In this document: positions 12,633 through 25,269 of the stretch, one piece after another
Layout of the letters: the number at the start of each line of letters is the position of its first letter
Numbering within the stretch: position 1 is the first letter of the stretch
Assembly (NCBI RefSeq): GCF_006345805.1
Contig: NC_042999.1
Location: forward strand, 74,462,001-74,526,000
From: Octopus sinensis
Taxonomy: Eukaryota
Direction of reading: 5' to 3'
DNA length: 64,000 bases
Program-made: the position numbers and the translations under genes
The notes under the pieces: generated by a model
What the model was told of the DNA's origin: nothing
Seen by the model: the letters and a program-made list of their open reading frames with translations, nothing else
The model's database searches: none

Positions 12633-13147
12633 CCTGACCTATGAGACATGTCATTTATCATGTGACACAATTCTGGAATTTTCTCTGATACTCTAACATG
12701 ATACAATATTATAGAATGATTACACAGGAAACTAAACAATATTACATAATTATTACTCAGAAAACTAAACACCTTTACCAATTTACCAGAGAATATCATA
12801 GATAATACAAACAGAACTTATTCTCTCCTTCATAACAATATGGTCACCCTACAACAAATAGAAACAAACATTGCATATTTTGAAACTGCTCACTACATAC
12901 TGTCTGGTAGGTTTCCCACCTCTCAGTGTATTTTGGTACCTAAACATTTAGTAGAAACATATGGTACTTGAGTAACTTCCTAGGAATTAAAAGCATAGAT
13001 TTTCAAATTTGTTGTTTTTGCTTAACTTCAGTTCTGATTGAGCAGATCTATGATGAAAGCTGTTCTGAATGTGATCAATGATCAAAATTATGAAAATAAA
13101 AATCAAAACTATGAAAAGTCAAGAGTAAATAGAAATGAATTACTAAC

Positions 13148-13471
13148 TTAATTCAGGACAGGTTCCATTATAAATGTTGACACTATTAATTGCCAGTCCC
13201 CCGGTCTTGATATCTGCAATGAATGTAAGAAAACTTGTCCCTGCTGGAAGCTGGAATTGTCCTTCATATGTTCCATCTCTTAGACTAAAGAAATATTCAT
13301 TCCAAGCAAGATGATGTGAAACATCTCCATTAGAGTTCAACTGATTTAAAATAACTGAGAAATTCCCAGTTAGTGCAAAAGCTGTAGTAAACTTGAAATT
13401 CACACATGAATCTGCCAATGTTTCGATGGGTGACAGCATTTTCCCCTTTGTTCCTATAATCTGCATACTAC
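13148..13471 (-). CDS. Host gene exon I: C-terminal part of MAM domain 4
   Basis: Acceptor gatttacag|GT, donor TTAA|gttagt; 324 nt, phase 1-1. Reads GSMQII..KMLSP..SCVNFKF..LAW..QLPAG..LTFIA..LAINSVNIYNGTCPEL. Confidence 0.87.
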
Positions 13472-14191
13472 CTGTAAATCAAAGAATATTATCAGAAATA
13501 TTAGCAGAATTACTGAATTGCAAAGCAAACAATTGAATTGGTGAAAAGTCAGAGTTTCTACCTTTTCTTCAAAAATAAGTCCTTATTTGTTGAAACATTA
13601 GCAAATAAGTTTACTGTTTCTTCCAACAAATAAAAAATTTCAAATTCCAAACAGAAAGCTTTTTCATCAAACGGACTGTTCCTTATTTTAGCTTTCTCTG
13701 ACAATATGCAGATAAGAGACAAATGTTTCTCTAGCTAGGATGCTGTCAGTTACAAGTAAATTTTCTTTTATGATAAGCTGAGCCATGCAGTCCAACGAAT
13801 TAATTTTACAAATCACTTTTCCAAAGCAGCCATTAACAGATTATATTCTTCTGCAATACATCTATATATCGTATTTGCCAGCATGTAAGATGTACTCCTT
13901 TTAAACAAGTATATATTTTGAAAAAAACAACAAATTTAATATGTTTCTTCATGCACTCATATACCATCTGTAACCAAAAGCTAAGACACAGTGTGCTCCA
14001 GAGTGGGAGTGAATTTGGAGTTTTATAATTGAGAAGCAAACTTCTGATACAGTTGGCCATGTATGCATAAAATCCAGATGGGGATAGCAAAAAATATTGC
14101 AGGCATTAAGCATTATCTAGGATGCTAGATGATGCAAGGAGTACTTGAGTGAAACAGAGAGTGAGGGAAAAGATCATGAAATGAGGGGAGT

Positions 14192-14291
<100 letters not shown>

Positions 14292-14356
14292 ACAGATAGA
14301 AAGGAGAATGTAAAAGACAATGTTTAGGCTGAAAGTTAAGTGACTACTATACTTAC

Positions 14357-14464
14357 CAGGAACTTTAAAGAAACTAGTACCATTATCTAATACCGGTACC
14401 CATCCATATGCAATTTTATAACCACAGTAGTATTTTGTTGTGAAATCACATGGAATTGAATCAG
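14357..14464 (-). CDS. Host gene exon H: N-terminal part of MAM domain 4
   Basis: Acceptor ttaccttaccag|CT, donor CCTG|gtaagt; 108 nt, phase 1-1. Reads PDSIPCDFTTKYYCGYKIAYGWVPVLDNGTSFFKVP (MAM CDF..CG..W). Confidence 0.88.
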
Positions 14465-14993
14465 CTGGTAAGGTAAAAAATAATATAAATTGAAGCAATA
14501 AATCAGTTGATCGATAATGATGATGATAAGGATGTAAATAGTTTAAATGACCTTCTTAATCCCAGTGATTATATAATTTCAACAGAATGCCACATCATTC
14601 TCCTTCTTAGAAGAGCATGAATACAGCATGGGATGACAGCCATGTTGCATTTTCTTCATGAATGAAAATAGAAAGATGTTGGGATTCAAACAAAATACAT
14701 TGCAGTATATAGTTACATTGGGGATCAATTTGATTTACCATTCCAAGTTGGTTGATGAAATAAATTACCAGTTGAGACTTAATCAACTATTCTTTATTCT
14801 GAAATTTGGGGTTGTCATCCAATGCTAGAATTCAATATGAGATAAAATATAATGGTGGTAAATTGAATGGGCATGAGGCAAAATGTATTTCAATATTAAG
14901 GTACATTCATATGTGATGTGATTTGAATTATTGCAATGTTTTAATTTAGCATTGATTCCTTTCAAAATTAAAGAAAAAGGGATATTCACATAC

Positions 14994-15078
14994 ATTTGTT
15001 TGTTTGTTTGTTTGTTTGTTTGTTTGTATGTATGTATGTATGTATGTATGTATGTATGTATGTATGTATGTATGTATG
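14994..15078. repeat. Compound (TTTG)n(TATG)n microsatellite
   Basis: Direct reading. Confidence 0.95.
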
Positions 15079-15229
15079 TTATATAAACACACACATGTAA
15101 AACAAGAACAGAAGTGAAGTTTTAAAATTTGCAACAGCTGTTTCAGGAGCACTTAATTGATGAATATTTAGGTTATATCATGACAAAAATCTGCTGTCTT
15201 GAAGAGATTTTAAATAAACAGATTGGAGA

Positions 15230-16628
15230 AAAAAATTTAGGTGCAAAAGCAAGGTCTAGAATGAAAGGGCATTAGAGTTAATTTAGCAAAACTCCAAATC
15301 TTAATAAGTAGGAAAGCTGACAATTTTCAAATCCTTTCAGGGAGATGGCCCTGCTCGATATGTAGAAGTGGCATAGGTAGAAACTCCATAACTTGGTGCA
15401 AGCTATGGACACATAGGAGGTGCAGAAATATCAGACGAAGGCTAACAAGGAAAATAGTCTTTGTGTGTGGCAGATGTACAGGTACAATAAACACTAGAAA
15501 TTAGAAATAATATATTTCTAAATCTCTCAGAGCAATTTATGCAGTAGCAGCACGATAAAATGATAGCATGTTGTCAACTTAATGTGACAGTCCCATAAAA
15601 AGGAAGAATGCTACTGTTATTTATCCCTAGGAAACACCATTTCCTAGGGCTAAATAACAGTAGCCTTCTTCCCTTTTATGGGACTGTCACATTTAGTTGA
15701 CAACATGCTATCACTTTAACACTAGAAATGTACAGAAAATAAATTTCGTGAAAAGTTATGAGTGATACTTAGAAGTAGTTGATAGCTTTTGTATCTGGGT
15801 GACCAATTCAGTTGTCGAGATGAATGCTCTGAGCGCATAGGTGCTAGAATAAGAATAAGCTGGGTAAAGTTCAGAATGTTTCTACCTTTGTTGGTAGCAA
15901 AGGCCTCTCCCTTATAGTGAAAGACAGATTGTATGATACCTGTGTGTGAACAACCACACTATACAGCAGTGAAACATGGGCTGTGACTGCAGAGGACATG
16001 CAAAAACTTGAAAGAAATGAAGCTAGTATGCTTTGCTCTATGTGCAATGTTAGTCTCCATGAATGACAGAGTGTAAGTGTCCTGAGAGAAAAATTAGGCA
16101 TAAGAGGTATCAGATGTGGTGTGCAAGAGAGAAGACTATGCTGGTATGGCCACATGATGTGTATGGATGAGGACAGCTGTGTAAAAAGTGCTGATCTCTA
16201 ACTGTGGAGGGAACTGGTTGAAGAGATAGACCCAGGAAAACATGAGACAGGGAGGTGAAGCATGATCTTTAAATGTTGGGTCTCATGAAGGTGATGACAA
16301 GTGCTTGAGACCTTTGGTAATTTTCCCTGTTTGAGAAGTCTCATCAAGCCAAATGAAATCAGTCGTAGCTAGAGCCAGTGACTCTTAAAAGGTATCCATG
16401 CTGGTGTTACATGAAAGACACCTGTGCCAGTGACTTGTAAAAGGCACCAGTGCCAGTGACACATGAAAGGCACCCACTAGACTCTGAGAGTCTAGGAAGG
16501 GTATCCAATCATAGAAACTCAACCAAATCAAATTGGAACCTGGTACAGCTCTCCAAATTACCAGTCCCAGTCAAACTGTCTAACCCATGCCAGCATGGAA
16601 GACAGATGCTGATTGATGATGATGATGT
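15230..16628 (+). mobile_element. RTE-clade LINE family A, 5'-truncated, interrupted by a hairpin insertion
   Basis: GRWPCSIC, SETWA, ERNEASM coding remnants; 3' UTR and (GAT)n tail at about 16613-16628. Confidence 0.85.
15554..15720. repeat. Long inverted repeat (about 78-bp arms, 5-nt loop)
   Basis: 15557-15634 is the reverse complement of 15640-15717 with about 5 mismatches; loop cacca. Confidence 0.92.
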
Positions 16629-16915
16629 AGGTGAAGAATTCAAGTTAACTCACTCACTAAATTAAAAAGCGAGACAAGTGAAGTTATCAGAATACCCTAA
16701 AATTCATGAGGCTGCAATTTATAAAGTCTCTAGATTATACTTCTGAATTAGAAATACTTCCTCCAGTTGTAGAGAGGTTATGCACCTTTGACCATTTGGG
16801 TTTGGTAAGTTGCCTATACTGTTAAGCACTTTATAGATGTGAAACCAATGGTCACTCTATGACAAGCCATAACATTTAACTTCTTAAAAAATACACACAC
16901 ACACATGTATATAAA

Positions 16916-16951
<36 letters not shown>

Positions 16952-17059
16952 TATACATATATATATATATATGTATACATACATATATATGTGTGTGAGT
17001 GTGTGTGTATGTGAGCCAGCGTTTTACTTTTCGTTTCTTACTTTCAGTTGTCCTGATTG

Positions 17060-18155
17060 TATTAGGTTAGCCCATAAATAATGCAGTTTTTTCAATTGCA
17101 TGAACTAAAAGTTGGAAGGGGACAGGATAAACTACCTGCACCAACTTGTTATATAAATAGGTAGTAATTTTACCGTGTTCTTATTCTTAGTGCAAGTTTT
17201 AAAGTGTGCAGTTCGATTTTAACAGTTATTTTTTCAAAGGTATAATGGAAGTGACAAAGGAGCTTTTTCAGCATATTTTGGTTTATAGTTCAATAAAGGC
17301 AACAACACCACAGAAAGTGCGAGGAATATTTATGCAGTATATGGGAATTGGACAATAAATGTAAGCCAGTGTCAACTGTGGTTCCAGGAATTCTGAGCCA
17401 GAAACTACAGCCTAGAAGATGAGCCTCATCCTGGAAGATCTGTAGAGCTCAATGATGTCCTGCAAATCCTGGTGGAACAAAATCCCATCGTAACTGTTGA
17501 GGAACTGCATGCCATCAGAGAAGTCAGCAAATTGGGTCCTTCGCAAACTTGCTGCATCTAATCGTGTGCAGAGAGTGAATGTATGCTCTTCTTTGCTGTC
17601 ATGTTTCATGAATGAACCTTTTTTGGACTGAATAGTGACTGGTGACAAGAGATAGGTTCTCTATAAAAATATCAAGTGCTGAAGCAATGGGTAGGGAAAG
17701 AAGAAACACTGGCACCCCAGGCCAAAGAAGATCTTCACCCACGTAAGATTTTGTTATCTGTTTGGTGGGATATGAAAATTTTAGTCCACTTTGAACTTTT
17801 AGACCCAAGCCAAACGATAACAAAGGAGATCTACTGCGAGCAGCTCGAGCTGCTTAAGTCAGTGCTAGAAGAAAAACGACTATCCTTGGTTTCAAGACTG
17901 AAAGTGTTCTTCCATTAAAATAATGCTCAGCCACATACAGCAAGGATGACATTGCAAAGGTTGAAGCAGTTTGAATAGGAAACGAAGCCCCATCCACCAC
18001 ATTTGCTGGACATTGCCCCATCTAATTATCACTTATTCTGCAGTCTTCAAAATTATTTGGACAGAAGAAATATGAATTCTGTAGGTCAGAACAGTACTGG
18101 AAAAGTATTTTCGTCACTGACAAGTGAATTTTGGAAGAAGGGCCTTGGAAGTCTA
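17060..18155 (+). mobile_element. Degenerate mariner transposon, 3' end lost
   Basis: TA+TTAGGTT.. TIR-like start at 17060; ATG at 17245; IVTGD, HPRKILLSVWWD and HPP..DIAPSNYHLF remnants. Confidence 0.85.
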
Positions 18156-18303
18156 CCAGGCTCCAGTCTGATCTGAGAGTGTTTCTACAACTGGATGCCC
18201 TTCCTAACGTCAACCACTCTGTAAGTGTAGTGGGTGCTTTTCACGTGCCACCGGCACAGGTGCCAGGGGAGGCTGGCAATGGCCATGATCGGTTGGTGCT
18301 TTT
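18155..18303 (-). mobile_element. RTE family A 3' UTR fragment
   Basis: Matches ggctcca..tttctaca.ctggatgcccttcctaa..gtgctttt.acgtgccaccggcacagg of the other copies. Confidence 0.75.
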
Positions 18304-18654
18304 GAAGTTGTAAGTTACCGCACAAGTGAAAATATATATGAAAGAAGGTTTGAAAAGGCAATTTTAAAAGGTGTTTATTCACTTGACCGGTTTCACTGTT
18401 TTAGAAAAAGATTGTCAAAAGTAACATGTAAAAGCTTGGTTGTGTTAGGTACTGGTTGTCACAAAATACTGCAATACATATATACATTCTTTAATAACAA
18501 GAACATGTTAAGAACAGTTTACAAGGGAAAATCTTACTTTTGACAATCTTTTTCTAAAAAAGTGAAACTGGTAAAGTAAATAAACATCTTTTAAGATTGC
18601 ATTTTCAAACCTTCTTTCATATATAATTCCACTCATGCAGTACCTTACAATTCC
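18304..18654. repeat. Inverted repeat (about 120-bp arms, about 110-bp spacer), Penelope-type terminal-repeat-like
   Basis: 18304-18424 is the reverse complement of 18534-18654. Each arm carries a decayed hammerhead-like fold. Confidence 0.8.
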
Positions 18655-18660
18655 ACTTTG

Positions 18661-18697
18661 TTATATATATATATATATATATACATACATATAATAC

Positions 18698-18791
<94 letters not shown>

Positions 18792-18796
18792 GTATG
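18661..18796. repeat. (TA)n/(TATG)n microsatellite
   Basis: Direct reading. Confidence 0.95.
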
Positions 18797-21700
18797 TACA
18801 GGTGTGATGGGTGAATTGTCGCCATTTCATATTTTCAATTGCGTGCATGTGCATTGTTTGTTCTTGATTTTGTTGACTACACAGCATAATAGGGTCAGTT
18901 GGGTACTGTCTGTGAGAAAAACCATTTTGCCAGAAACTCGGAAACAACATGCTGTACTGCTTTGCATTTGCACCAGAAAGTGCAATACGAACATTTCAAA
19001 GTGTTTAGGTCTCAATCTGAGGACAATGCAGAGGATTCAGGAAGAGTTTGGTGAGTCTGATGGTGATTACAAAGGTACAGCAGCTCAGAAAACTCACTCT
19101 GATCATTCTGATAAGAAAAGTAACTCCTGAATTTGTTGGTGAAATCCAGGCCATGATTGACAATGATCTCTCCAAAGATCAGATGGTGAACACTCAGAAC
19201 AACCATTGACTTGCCATGTTCCAAAACATATAGTGAGAATGATAAAAATTAAACATCCAGTCAACATCATGATGTTTGGAGTGATCACTAGTGATGGCGA
19301 TGTTATGCCACCATTCATCTTCCCACATGGCATCAGACTCAACATGGAGGCTCACATCAAGTGCCTGGAGGAGGTACTGTTTCCCTGGATCAAGAGGGCA
19401 CTTGATGGAAGACCCTATGTCTAGCAATAGGACTCTGCACCATGCCATACAAGCAGGAGACCCCAGTCAAGGCTGTCAGACAATTTCTGTGACCACATCC
19501 CTGATAACCTGATAATCAATAAGGTGATTCTGCTAGCCAGATTAATTTCATCCTCACCAGACAGTGGGATACAGGGTTGCTCTTAAATTCAAAGCCCCCC
19601 CCCCTCCCAGCGAAGAATGTCCCCCACCAGCATAGACTAATTATTAGTAACTTTAGACTTGAGGCCAGAAGGATGCCAAGAAGCAGACCAATCTGGAAAA
19701 GAAGGATTTGGAAGCTAAAGAACCCTTCATATGGTCAGAGATTTAGGGACATCCTCCTTGAGAAATTTGATGAGAGGGAGGAGGAGCTACAGACATAGAG
19801 GGCAACTGAGAATTCCTGTAAGACAGCTTGTTGAGTACCACAGATGAAATCTGTGGTTGGTGCAAAATCCCCTCCAGACCTAGGGTAATATGGTGGTGGA
19901 ACAATACTGTAGACAGGGCCGTTAGAGCAAAGGCTAGGCCTGGAAATCCTGGAAGAGGTGGGGTAGCAGTGAAATGTATCAGATTGCCAGAAGAGAAGGT
20001 AGGAGACAGGTAGATATAGCCAAGGGAGAAGCAGAAAAGAAGTTTGCCATTGACAGCAATGTGAGGACCAAAGAACTGAAGTATTTCGGATTGCAAGACA
20101 GTGTGTGAGAGAAAATTGTGACGTCATAGGAGAGAAATGTGTTCACATGGATGGTAGTGCACTTGCATTTAATGATTCTGCAAAGAAAGCTGCTTGGAGA
20201 TGTCATTATGAAAGACTGCTGAACGTGGAGAATGAATGGGAAGAGGAGAGTCTGTCAAAAGTTGAGCTAGTTGAGGGACCAGCTACCTGAATCAACAGTA
20301 CCCTGGTAGATAAAGCAATTAAGGATATGAAAACAGGGAAAACCTCAAATCCATCAGGAATCACCACTGAGATGCTTAAAATATCTGGAGGTGTGGGTTA
20401 TAATCTAGTCATCCTCAAGTCTAATGTCACTAATAACTAGTCATCAGGTAGTTCACGAAAGAGTCATACCCAATAACTGGTGTAGCAGCACCATAGTCAA
20501 CTGCTACAAAAGTAAAGGGGATTCTTTATATGGAAATAACTACAGGAGTATCAAATTGCTGGATCAGGTGATGAAAGTTATGGTGAGAGTCATAGCCCAA
20601 CTAATTAGGGAGAAAATTAGTCTAGATGAGATGCTGTTTGATTTTGAGCCAGGCAGAAGCATCAGTGATGCTATATTTCTGGTAAGGCAACTGCGGGAGA
20701 AATACCTAGCCAAAGATAAACCTTTGTACTTGGCTTTTGTTGACTTGGAGAAAGCCTTTGACAGGGCCCCCGATCCCTTATCTCTTGGTCAATGTGGAAA
20801 CTAGGGATAGACAAGTGGTTGGTAAGAGCTGTACAAGCCCTGTTCAGGGATGCTGCTAATAAGGTGATGGTTGGCAAAAGATATAGTGAAGAATTTCGGG
20901 CAGAAGTAGGAATTCACCAATGATCAATCCTCAGCATCCTCTTATTTATCATAGTCCTCTAGGCAATAACAGAGGAATTCAAGACAGGGTACCCCTAGGA
21001 GCTTCTCTATGCTGATGAACTTCATCTAATAGCTGAGTCACCAACAGGAATAGGGATGAAGTTTCAGCTCCTACCTCTATTAGCAACAAAGGGCCATTTG
21101 CTCAGAGTGAAAGTTAGACTGTATGATGCATATGCGCAAACAACCATGCTACACGGCAGTGAAACATGGGCAATAACTGCTGAGAACAGGCGCAGGCTTG
21201 AAAGAAACGAAGCTAGTATGATACACTGGATGTGTAATGTCAGTGTGCATATACAACTGAGTGTAAGCGCCCTGAGAGAAAAGTTGGACATAAGAAGCAT
21301 CAGATATGGTGTGCAAGAAAGACAACTGCATTGGTATGATCACATGTTGCATATGGATGAGGGCAGCTGTGTGAAGAAGTATCACACCCTAACAATGGAA
21401 GCGACCTGTGGAAGATGTAGACCCAGGAAGACATGGGATGAAGTGGTGAAGCATGACCTTCGAATGTTGGGCCTCACAGAGGCAATGACAATAGACCGAG
21501 ACCTTTGGAGATACACAGTGATTGAGAAGACACAGTGCCGCCTGACTGGCACCTATGCTTGTGGCATATAATAAGCACCATTCGAACGTGACTCGATGCC
21601 AGTGCCCCCTCACGGATCCCCATGCCAGTGGCATATAAAAAGCACTATCCAACCCACGCCAGCATGGAAAACAGATGTTTAAACAATGATGATAATGATA

Positions 21701-22076
21701 ATGATGATGATGATATCACCCTTAACATCTGGCAACCTAACTCCTCACACTGCAACCCCCTTGATTATTATGTATGGGGCGCAGTTGAGTGAGAGACCAA
21801 AAAAAAGGAAAACTTCTAGCACTAAAGATAAACTGAAAGCAAGAATTATGGCAGCATTCACCAAAGTAAACATGGAGAACAGAAGAGTTGCAGGAGATTC
21901 TGAAGTCGTCTGGAGGCCGTGGTTGAAACCAATATCGATTTTATTGAATAAATTTAGTCTTTAGTATTTCAAGATATCTTTATGTAATTTTGGTAAATAC
22001 ATCTGTGAAAATGAGATGTCAGTGTTATTTTCATTTTTGCGTAATTTAGACGACATTTTATTCACTGTACCCTGTA
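18797..22076 (+). mobile_element. DD37D (maT/mori-type) Tc1/mariner transposon split by an RTE insertion
   Basis: Imperfect TACAGG..TGTCG TIRs at both ends. KHPVNIMMFGVITSDG..PPFIF and DSAPCH (to about 19500) resume as NIWxPNSxxCNPLDYYVW at about 21715. Rejoined, the second and third Asp are 37 residues apart. Confidence 0.8.
19510..21714 (+). mobile_element. RTE-clade LINE family A, 5'-truncated, internally deleted
   Basis: Endonuclease C-terminal remnant (QINFIL, QHRL), RT (NYRSIKLL, DLEKAFD, LLYADE), deletion near 21050, then C-terminus and (GAT)n tail at 21687-21714. Confidence 0.88.
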
Positions 22077-22486
22077 TACACACACACATTAATATATAGA
22101 GGGTGCAAAGTAGCACCAGCAATTACTAAAAATATGAGTCAAAATTACTCTAAAAGCCACAAAACACACAAACCTCATTATATTTACTGGAAGCAGGCAA
22201 AACAAGCTAAAACAATCTTTCCCTTGTGAGATAAACTCACAAAAAGAAATATTTGGACAAAGCTTTATCATGTGATTTCGAAATCTAACCATTAAGGTGT
22301 TGTTTCTCCTCAGAAGCATCTACCAACCACTCAGGATTAAAGATATAGCTTACCTTGTAATATTACATGAGGAGAGAAAACCGTTGGTAAGCAAGCACCA
22401 AAATTCAAATGGCTAAAAAGCATATTATCAATATGAGAAGATACTATAATGATATATTAATATATCAAGATATATTAAACACATTA

Positions 22487-22741
22487 TATTGGGTTGGTGA
22501 ATATTTATTGCGGCTTTTTTTCAACAAATTTTATTCAACAAAAACAATAACAACATGTAACAAAAACATCTTTAAATGATTATTCCAGAGCATATTCACC
22601 ATCTACTTCAATTACTGCTTCTCATTTACTTGGCAGACGGTCAGATCATCATTTAAAGATGTTTTTGTTAAATATTGTTATTGTTTTTGTTTAATAAAAT
22701 TTGTTGAAAACAAGCTGCAATAATTATGCACCAACCCAATA
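22487..22741. mobile_element. Mariner-derived fold-back MITE
   Basis: TA-flanked TTGGGTTGGTG.. termini with about 95-bp inverted arms. The spacer encodes a transposase C-terminus (RLPSK*EAVIEVDGEY) on the minus strand. Confidence 0.87.
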
Positions 22742-22930
22742 GAATACGTGGCTTGCTAGCAATTAAAAACCAAAAGAGAATTAATAGATAAAAGGTGCTA
22801 GTTTTCTCAAGAGTTTACCATTTGTGCAATAACATTTGCCACATCAATTATATAATGAAAGGAAAGAAAACATCTTTTATTAAAAAGATATATGGCCATG
22901 AAAAAGATAATGGACAAAATAAACACTTAC

Positions 22931-23038
22931 GGCAATTCATTTCATCACTACCATCACTACAATCATTGGTTCTGTCACATACTTTAGATTCACTATAACA
23001 ATAATTATTTTTACACTTTCTTGTTCCAGCTGGACACT
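22931..23038 (-). CDS. Host gene exon G: LDL-receptor class A repeat 1
   Basis: Not in the ORF track. Acceptor tatttcag|AG, donor TGCC|gtaagt; 108 nt, phase 1-1. Reads [36 protein letters not shown]: six Cys plus the DCxDGSDE motif. Confidence 0.93.
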
Positions 23039-23606
23039 CTGAAATAATAGAAAATAAAAACAGAACATTTTAAAAACATGTAATTAAATGTAAATACTTA
23101 AAATCTAAACAAGTTGATGTATTTACTTGATTACAATTTTTGCTTTCTATGAATCAAAACAATAAAGGAAATATTTGTCTCAATTATTTAAGAACCACAC
23201 ACACACACACATACACACTCTCCCTCTTCCCCCTCTCCTTCTTCCTCTATTCCTCCCCTTCCCCTCTCTCTTAGGATAACCTCACATGTATAACATTTCT
23301 AAGACTTCTTTACAAAGAATTCTTCTTCAGAGCCACAATACACTTTGTCTCCAACCACCTGGTGACTTAACAAATCTCAAAGGATATCTACACTTGGAGT
23401 ATTGTTCACATATTGAAAGTGCTGCTGCTTTGTTCATACCAATGCAGTCACTTCTTTTCTTTATCCCATCTACTGATACTGCACCAAGTTTCATTCTGCT
23501 AAATCATCTATTTCATTAATCCCCTCCTTTCATCACCCTAATATGCAAATATTTTGGGAGTTGGATGCAAGTTATAAGCTTTACATTTAAGTGTTCATAT
23601 TGACTA

Positions 23607-24079
23607 CACTGTGTAACAAAAATTTTATTTGTTCTTGTCTTTGGTCAGTAAGTGTTATTTCCTATTTGCTTCTATTTAGAAATTAAAGGAAATGATTACT
23701 ATTCCCTTTGGACTTTGGTTTTATGACCTGGACATCGATGTTTTGAAACTTTCCCATTACATTTTAGACACAATCAGTGCTGAGTTGCTGAAGTAGAAAT
23801 ATTCTAAAAAATATTCTGCTCAGTACTATAGATTTGCTTGTTAGTTGCTTGTCTTTAACCACTTGAGCATGTGCCTTAGTGGTTGACAATATGTGCATCA
23901 CTGAGCAGGAGTAGTGGGAGATCATCACAGCCATGTGTTGAGAGGGGTTCTTTGGGGATTTTAAAAATGTAACAAAAGCAAAGTTTGAAGGAAATATTAG
24001 TTATTTTTCATACTTTCTGGGAGTAAGCAAATAGGAAATAACAATTGCTACCCAAGGACAAAATCCGTGTTACACAATG
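23607..24079. mobile_element. Non-autonomous DNA transposon with CAC termini (Chapaev3/CACTA-like MITE)
   Basis: CACTGTGTAACA... / ...TGTTACACAATG termini plus a subterminal inverted block tgttatttcctatttgctt / aagcaaataggaaataaca. Confidence 0.65.
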
Positions 24080-24416
24080 TTATGCATGCCTATACTGACA
24101 ATAATGGTAATGACAAATTTTTAAGTTCGCTTGACATTTTGTAAATGTGAAAGGGATTAACATTTTGATATTCTGTATCAAAGGTTCTAACAAGAATAGG
24201 TGGAAAAGAATTCTGTTTACATAATCAGTTTGATCAGTCACCTTCCTCTGTCTGTTAAGTAAAGTGTCATCCAAACTGATGTTTATTGGCATTTGAACTT
24301 AATTTGCAACACCTGTGCATATTTATCAGCTTTGTTGTTGTTGGTAATTCTTATCAACAACTTTCCCTGTGATCATGATTTGAGAAGACATACAGCAGCA
24401 TGCTAATGATTGAACA

Positions 24417-25041
24417 TACTGAAAACACAGGACTGTGAAATGAAACTTTTTGAAAATTGTTTTAATAATGGTATGTTACTTTATATATTTTTGTGGAGCT
24501 AAATCAAAATATCAAAACAGCTCTTCCCTGTTGCCTAAAATGTAAAATAAAGTTTATTATAAACAACACAAACACTTTGTAATTTAATAGCTTTCAATGT
24601 GATAACTGTTAAACAGAAATTATTTTTATTTAAGGAAAATTTAATAAAATGTAATCCTAAATGAAATTATGCTAAATGCAGCTAAATTGAAAACCTTCTT
24701 CTCCTGGTTATATTGACAAATTCTGAAAATTTTGGGGTACGATATTTACACGAGTAGAAGCTTTTTTTAACAAATTTTTTCCTGAAAATTACCTGTGTAA
24801 ATTACACACGTGCACAATTGATAATTATTTAACTCTATCAGATTTAAAAAGGGGAGATAACTAGTGTCTGTACTTGAGCTCAATATCCAATAACAACACA
24901 TTTCTTAAGAAAAAATTACTGAAAACACAGGACTGTGAAATGAAACTTTTTGAAAATTGTTTTGATAATGGTATGTTACTTTATATATTTTTGTGGAGCT
25001 AAATCAAAATATCAAAACAGCTCTTCCCTATTGCCTAAAAT
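24417..25041 (+). repeat. 125-bp direct repeat pair, offset 500 bp
   Basis: 24417-24541 and 24917-25041 differ at 2 positions. Confidence 0.92.
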
Positions 25042-25269
25042 TTTCTCAAAATGTAATCATGAAATATACCATAATTTGTAGGTAAATCTACAACTGGCAA
25101 GACAAAATGAAACTAATAAAAATGAATTTGGTACTTTATTTAGTCAAATAAAAAGGCACAAATGCAATTGGAAAGTGAAAAAGTAGATTTTTACAAAGGT
25201 TCCATTCATGTTTTAGGTTTAGTACCTCAAAATCTATTCTTTTCCACTTGGAAATCATGCCAGGAACTC

